A stretch of 64,000 bases of DNA from Marsupella aquatica (taxonomy: Eukaryota > Plantae > Marchantiophyta): positions 14,067,542 to 14,131,541 of the forward strand of contig OZ316896.1 of NCBI GenBank assembly GCA_973895155.1, in the 5' to 3' direction. The number at the start of each line of letters is the position of its first letter. Position 1 is the stretch's first letter. The notes beneath the pieces were generated by a model. It searched no databases and was not told the origin of the DNA. It saw only the letters and a program-made list of their open reading frames with translations. A program made the translations under genes and the position numbers. Positions 57,190 to 64,000 of the stretch are shown piece by piece.

Positions 57190-60159
57190 TTAACGCAAGG
57201 CAAAAGATGAGAAATGACTTCTTCCCAATTGACTGACCTTGGGATAGGAAGGAAAGACCTCCACCTCCAAGCTATTACTGGAGAACGGGCGGAGAGTGAT
57301 CACGTCAGGCATTGATTCCAGAAGAGTCTTCATACTTCCACAGCCATAGTAATCAGGGATCAAGGCATGACCCATCTCCACCTCATAGAGTCTGACAAAC
57401 TCCCTGAGGTCGATTCGGGCCTCCTTGTTGCAGTGCTTGTCTGCGATGGCTGCGACTTCATACCTTAGGTGTCGTAAAACCCGAATCTTTCCTCCAATAG
57501 GAAATGTTGACTTACTGCTCTCAGTAGATTCACAGAAGTTGCATTCACTCTGCTTCACCACTATTCCGTCTACCCTAAGTCCCTTAGTAGAACTGTAGGA
57601 CACGACTTTTTTGAGCCCTCGTACTAATGGATGTGGTTGCTCAGAGGAGGTAGTACAAAATAGTTCACTCCCACTCGAATCCAATTGATAGCAGTCTACA
57701 CCAGTTGAGTCCTGCAGATCCATTCTGACAGTTTCAGACTCGGAATCAGGCTCGGCACCACAGCAGCATCCTGTCCTCGTCAAAATGCCTCCTCCTGTCT
57801 GCGACTTTCGATAGCATGGGCAAGTCAACGACTTGTTGAATTTGTCAGATAGCTCATTATCGCATTCATCACATATCGTCATCATGTCCTCCCATCCCAA
57901 AGAAAAATCTGCAGATTGACTTAGAACGGAGGGAAGAACTTGATGTGCATTGCCGATGACAATGGTGGTCACGTTGCGCTTGCTCAGTTCTTTCAGCAAA
58001 GCAGCAAACCCTCTATCGCCTGTTACAACCAGGACCACGTCATGCTTGATTTCCTCCGAGTCTGCCAGGTAAGCTTTGTGATCAAACGCGAATAGACTGG
58101 CATCAAGTATAATCGCCTTGTCTGCTGATTCTTTGCCATCCGGGACAGGGCACAGCTCAACGTCTTTGCTTAAGAAAGGCAACGCCTGATCCACAAATGA
58201 AAACCATCTGAGAAGTCAGAAACCGAAACGAAGAGGAGACTTTCATGAACCTAAGCCATAAACTTTCATTGAAATAAGACTCATCCATCTTCACAAGAGA
58301 GGCTCGGGTAATCGAAGTTTATAGTAAAATCGCGGACTTCTCAGGAAGCATTCCATAGAGACCGAACATTATGCTGTATTTCGTTCCCATTTTTCATAAC
58401 CCCAACCAATGCCAGCATCTTAGACTCGAAGTGGCTAACCGGGCAAGAAGTGAGTATTTCATCAGGCTATACAGGATGTGAAACCAGAAGCAAATGCGAT
58501 AATGGGAGTTGATGTACTGAACATTTAGACGATTAAAGAAAGTAGCGAGGAAGCACATTTGCTTGTCGTCGTTCACTAGCTATACAACGTGATAATTGGA
58601 AGATGATAAAGTTGAGAGGAATTGTAATGCATAGTACAACAATCAGCGACACGCCCGGGAATGAGAAACTTGATGAATGGATATAGACTGCACGGGGAAT
58701 AGGAAGGGTTATAGGACCAAGAACGTGCAATGTCTGCCTAGGTGGCATCCACACAAAACAGACGTGGGCAGCAAGCATAGGGGACCAACCAGAGAGAACT
58801 CAGGATAGTCTTCCAGATTGCAGTCTAACAACTCCATGCAAACAATTTGGGCTCCATCACAAGAAGGACCGTGCTCAGACATGATGTCGTGGACGCGTGC
58901 AGAGCGCACAGGTTTGGATAAGGAAGTAATAACTCTAATGATCCCCATTGTCATGAGTGCTTACATTTAAGGTATGAAACATGGTACACGCATGTTCAGA
59001 GAAAAGGGAGGAAAATATGCATGATTTTCAGCTTCACCCTATGAAATTCTCGGGGCATAATCGAAATGATTGAGGAAGTACAATTTCCTTGTGGGAAATG
59101 AATTTGTAATTTTGATTTCTTTTTTGAAATTTGGTCTTTCTCAAGGGACTGGATTCATTCCATGCCTTCCATACACCCTGCGCCTTGGAGGGCTTATTTA
59201 GAAACAGCGAGGGGAATACAGTAGTAACACACCTGCCTCGCGAGATATTCCAACTTGCCATAGGCCCGGAAGCACTGAATGTCGCCAAAATTATTTCCAA
59301 TAGCGCGAACTTTGTCTATTACAGTTGGTATCTCACACCCACTCGGCACTGGACAATTCTCCAGGTCCCAGAAAACTCCAATTCGCCCAGTCTTGGACAA
59401 TCCCGTCGAATTTTTGTAAGTTAAAGGAGAATCAAAAAACTTCAATCGCAGCCTACTCGTCCACATACTCAGAGCGCCTGCTATTTTTATCCACTGGGCT
59501 ACCACACAGCAAATGAGGGCCATTCTGAAGATGGAGCTGATTGAGACCCTGAGGTCGTCCTTCAGCCTGAGGCACTCCGGAAACGGGATATCCAAAGGAG
59601 CACTCGGCAAAAACACAGACCCAGACGAATGCGACGGAGAGCTTAGAGAGATCGGCATACTAGCAGCTCCTTCCTCCCCAGGAAAATTGGGTCGCATGAG
59701 GGACGATGATGCAGCTTGAGCAGTGTGTGATTGCGAGGCAGTTGTCTGTTTCTGGGATGGGCGCAGACTTTTATTCACTCCATTGCTACTGTTGCTCTTC
59801 CTCCCACTCCCTCCACCAGCGACGTTCTGGCGGCCCGAGTGCTCCACCGTGCCACCCACCGAGTCAGAGGAGAAGGACCCCTGCGGACAGCTCGGTTGTG
59901 CAGCAGAACTGCACGACATCTGTTGGAGGCCGAGATGAAACCTCGAAAACGAATCCAGCCTCGCGGATCCAATTTGCATGACGCGAGAGTGGAAATACGA
60001 ATTCGTCGAGTCTGATGAGGAGGCCCCGAAAAAATCCCCCCCTGCTCCTGAATTCCCAGTTGCTGCGGCCCTTCCATGATGATGTCCGTCAGCCTGCTGT
60101 GCCTGTACTGCGGTGATGTACGACCACGACAAGGCTTGCATGGTGCTAGTAGTAGGCAT
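57190..60159 (-). CDS. NYN-domain + OST-HTH/LOTUS protein (MARF1/limkain-b1-like endoribonuclease)
   Basis: NYN: GVFWDLENCPVP...FRAYG | ...GKESADKAIILD...VVLVVTGDRGFAALL. C-terminal LOTUS-like LREFVRLYEVEMGHALIPDYYGCGSMKTLLESMPDVI. Intron 59232-58186 is GT-AG. Start (60159) and a possible extra intron ~59393-59548 are uncertain. Confidence 0.88.
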
Positions 60160-61709
60160 GGGCCAACCACCAATTGACCTTCTACTGCGTCCCTTCACTT
60201 CCTTGATCAGTCGCAACCCACCTCTGTCTCTGTTTCCTTGATTGAGAAATAAAATATGAGAATTCCTGAATGATAGATAAACTCTACACAAGATGAGCAC
60301 TCTACTCACCGTTCGTTGTCTTTCTCTTTCTCACCTTGCCAGGCTCCGTCGTTCAATTCTGAATCCAAAAATCGTCCTTTGCACGATGTCTGGTCGACGA
60401 ATTCTTCTCTTCCACGCCACAGTCCGCGAATTACTGAAATCCGGCTGCCCTTCTCGTTCGCGAAGGCTTGCAACTCCTACTACTGTAGCTGCACACCATC
60501 GTCGATGAAACCCAATTCTCTCCCCACCAAGCCAATTTGTTGGCGGAAACACATTGATGATCCCATCTCATGCAATTCCGCAGCACAAGAAGAACAGAGC
60601 GAGTGCGATTCCTCAATTCCTTCCGCGATTTCCGATACTCCCCGTCCCGCTTCCTGCCTTCTACAGTTCCTCTCCCCTGATGAACGGACTTGGCTAGCTC
60701 ACGCGAGCATCAGTTGATAAATCGCGTAGCACAGTAGACAAGTTTACCGATCGGTCTCTCTTCTCTGGACAATTCGGACATCGTCGAGTGGACCTCAGCC
60801 AGGTGCCACCTCCCAAAACTTGCCGCCTGCCCAATTGCTGTCCCTTCTACGTAGTAACTTTGCATTCCAACCGATTAGTGCGCGACGCGATCGATCAAGC
60901 AAAGCAATCGATCAAGCAATCGAAGTCCGATCGATACTTTCCTTCTTCCCCCTCGAAGAATCGAATCCTTCCTAAACGTGCTGTCTGTGTCGGACTCGAT
61001 CTCTGCTAATTCGATTGTTATCATCCACTAACACAGCATTATGGCCCTTTAATAAGATCGTAAGCGCGCTTAGTCCCCCGTGGATTACCGAACGTTTTTC
61101 CCGCTTGTGAATTCTTGAGCTGCACCAGTATTGTAAACACTGATGAATCAGATATTTCATAATAAATAAATATAACGATTCCTGGAACATTCTCTGGAAT
61201 TTACCAGGAATTGGTTTGGAATTGTATGTCTGTTATTTGTGTTTTTAAGACCGCGACCAGGACTTTTATTCAAAGCCTGGATTGGCCTAAACCAGCAAGT
61301 GACCCCGCCAATTGATGGGACTATACAGGCTAAGGGCGTCTAGCTGAAAGTTACGGATTTATGGTCCATCATGTAACCTGGTTTGAGACCCAATTCAGGA
61401 AATTTTAAGAATGGGGGGAGGTAGCATTGACTTGCCCCATAAGGCAGGGGTTACAGTCTCACTCTTGTAGCATATATCCCTATTCATTCATTCTCGGTCA
61501 ACCACCACCTCAAATGCAACAACCATCACCACGTCAAGCACAAAGCCGACATGCCTTCAATATATAGCCACTTTCCACATTTTGGATTTGTGCCTAAAGT
61601 TATGAGAAAGTTGTCAAGGTCATTGGGAGACTAAAAACTCTTTGAGGCAGCTTGCTTATGGTATAGGTGGAGATGTTACAACTGACTATTGCAGGATTGG
61701 AGAGAACAC

Positions 61710-62010
61710 AACACTAGGGCACCTCTAAGCTGACAATTTGATGGACCTTAACTCCCAGCTACAGGTTATGGACACAAAACTTATAGACTATGAAATTCAT
61801 TGTGCATAACCTTTTGCCATAAGGATTGGTCTTACACCATTACCATCAGTTATTGTAGAGGCTCGCCATTACCATCAGTCACTGTAGAGGCTGGTGACAG
61901 AAAAAACAAAAAAGCTTTTACGTACATGACCTTGTGAAAAAGTTATGACCATTCTTTTATGGTTTAGGGTTTAGGGTCATCCATATTTTTCAAAAGTTGA
62001 GACACCCTAT
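61710..62010. repeat. Dispersed repeat (inverted homolog of 37065-37335) containing a short TTTAGGG tract
   Basis: See 37065-37335; GGTTTAGGGTTTAGGG at ~61961. Confidence 0.8.
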
Positions 62011-62045
62011 TAGAGTCATTGTACCAATAATCAGAGAATTATTTG

Positions 62046-62224
62046 AGCAACAGTACATGAGGAAGCCAAATAGTGCCAATTTTCATACTCAGCTGGCAGT
62101 TACATTTTAGCAACAGTATATGAGGAAGCCAAATAGTGCCAATTTTCATACTCAGCTGGCAGTTACATTTTAGCAACAGTATATGAGGAAGCCAAATAGT
62201 GCCAATTTTCATACTCAGCTGGCA
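62046..62224. repeat. ~63-bp tandem repeat x3
   Basis: AGCAACAGTA.ATGAGGAAGCCAAATAGTGCCAATTTTCATACTCAGCTGGCA(GTTACATTTT) occurs three times. Confidence 0.93.
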
Positions 62225-64000
62225 ATTAGCAAAGACTGAGGCTTCCTATGTATGTTTGGGTGTTGGATTGCATGCACTAGCCCCGGAAGAATTGCCTTGT
62301 TGCTTGGCATGGGCAGTACACAGACACCAATAAAGTTAAGTCCATTATCCTTGAGGCAATTGCAGAATCAGGAATTGTGGAAATTGGACTGGCGGGGCGG
62401 GGGGGGGGGGGGGGGGGGGTAACAATAACCCGAATGTGCTGGACAGATCTCCTCTCCAATGAACTTGGCCACCTTGTTAGCTTTTGCAAATTGTGGCTTC
62501 ATCTTCTTGTAGTGCTCTCTCGCCATTTCCAAGAATCTCTCACTCAGCCCTTTGCCCAGCCCCAACTCACGGGTCTTGAGGCACATGCAGGATGCTCTAG
62601 CAAACTTCAGCTCAGTTGGATATTTTTTCCCATGGATTGCTGCCATTGCAATCACTGTCCTCAAGTTCTTGTACAAGCTACAGTCTTCACACACACATGG
62701 CCCATGAGGTTTTGCAGGACTTTGCTCCTTCCCGCCGGGCTTCCTGCAAATTGGCTCACTTGATGTTTGAATTAGCAAAATGCTTGGCGTGATGTCAGGT
62801 TTTGGCTCGATGCTGCTGCATGCTAGCCTTCAGCATTGACAATCAATTTTCAGGTTAGCGGGGGGACACTACGCCGTGACTGCCTCTCTGCCAAAAACTG
62901 GAGGTTGCGAGGTTGAATTTATTGCGGTCTTGATTGCAGTCGCCACAATTCTCAGATGGAGGCAGCCCTAGGGAAGAGCGTCTGGAAAAGATTAGGCAAA
63001 GCACTAAAAGTAGCAATTGCATCTCCAATATTGAGCACGGGTACTCTCACTCTCCCCACAGCTCACCTACTTCCTGCAGTGTCAAACTGCCTAACTACTC
63101 ACTTATGCTCTACAACACTTCCTCAGCTCAACATCCCATATAATCAACACTAGTTTGCAACACACTTTATTTTCCATCAAATGAAATGGTAAAAAAGAAG
63201 GTGAGTTGCCAATTGATGAGGCATTTCCATATTGTTGAGGCCACATTTTCTATTAGCAGAAACTCACCAATTTCTGAGTTTTTCTTAGTTTTAACCCAAG
63301 AGAAAATGGGGAAAAAAGGCCATCAGGTTGCCAGAAGCTGGTCCAATGTCCGCTCCTATTTGCCAACATTCCTTGAGGGTATACTCTGTGGCAGGGTATT
63401 GCTTCCCGGGAAAGGTAAGGTATCACCCAACCTCAATTTTCACTATACTTGTACAATACTCCAGCCTAGCTGGCATTGGCTCTTCCTATATCTGCCTCAG
63501 TACCCAGCCGCCAATTAGTATAGATTTTTCTTTCATGATTGTATACCTACACCTCCCTTGCATAAAGGGAGGTATTAAACCAGGTGTTGTTTTACAAAAA
63601 GATTAAAAACAATTAGTGTGTAAAGGGGAGGTACAAGGCTGCCCATTTTCAGGTTATAGGGCTACCATAAATGTTTGTTATGGCCAATAGGGGGCTGTTG
63701 GCAAAGCTGTTAATTCAGTTTTGAGTCTCCTGGTGACCCAGGGCATCTTGAATCAGACCTATGGATACAGACTGTTGTTGGATGCTGTTATGAGTCTTAA
63801 TGTACTATACTTTTACAAGTATCTCTTCCTATACGAGGGTACCATTAATTACTACCCTGGTATAGGATGCCCAAAACCTTATTAAGGGGCTTTGGGAGGC
63901 ATATGGGCAAAGGTTGCCATAAGTTCAACAGTTCCATTGGTCTTGGTGTGATTCTTAATCTCAATCACTGACTTTGATCAAGCCCACTACGGCCACAAAT

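Noticed and set aside
61961-61977. Telomere-like TTTAGGG repeats
   Set aside because: Only two units, embedded in a dispersed repeat; not evidence of a telomere or fusion site.

Overview
Eukaryotic land-plant nuclear DNA with GT-AG spliced genes. Gene style and repeat types suggest a non-seed plant, probably a liverwort/bryophyte (inference only). Conserved genes: SMU1 (16 exons, minus), mitochondrial dihydrolipoamide dehydrogenase (2 exons, minus), a DUF427 protein (2 exons, plus), an intronless-CDS glutathionyl-hydroquinone reductase (GHR/ECM4-like GST), an LBD/LOB transcription factor, MHF1/CENP-S, a DEAH-box helicase (RID1/DEAH10-like) and a NYN+LOTUS (MARF1-like) nuclease. There is also an orphan intronless secreted 6-Cys protein that looks fungal to me and a processed-looking SNF2 pseudogene. 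Intergenic DNA is rich in TE relics: two solo LTRs with 5-bp TSDs, a CRE-like non-LTR RT fragment, an LTR-like element carrying a decayed coiled-coil ORF, a Mutator-like MITE with a 9-bp TSD, and SINE-like and Helitron-like ends. It also holds a local ~1.4-kb duplication and several minisatellites. I found no CRISPR array, rRNA or intact tRNA, and no clearly demonstrable new multi-gene system. The best leads are the secreted protein and DUF427 gene (horizontal-transfer candidates) and the duplicated, spliced-looking non-coding unit. Coordinates were counted by hand and may be off by a few bases.
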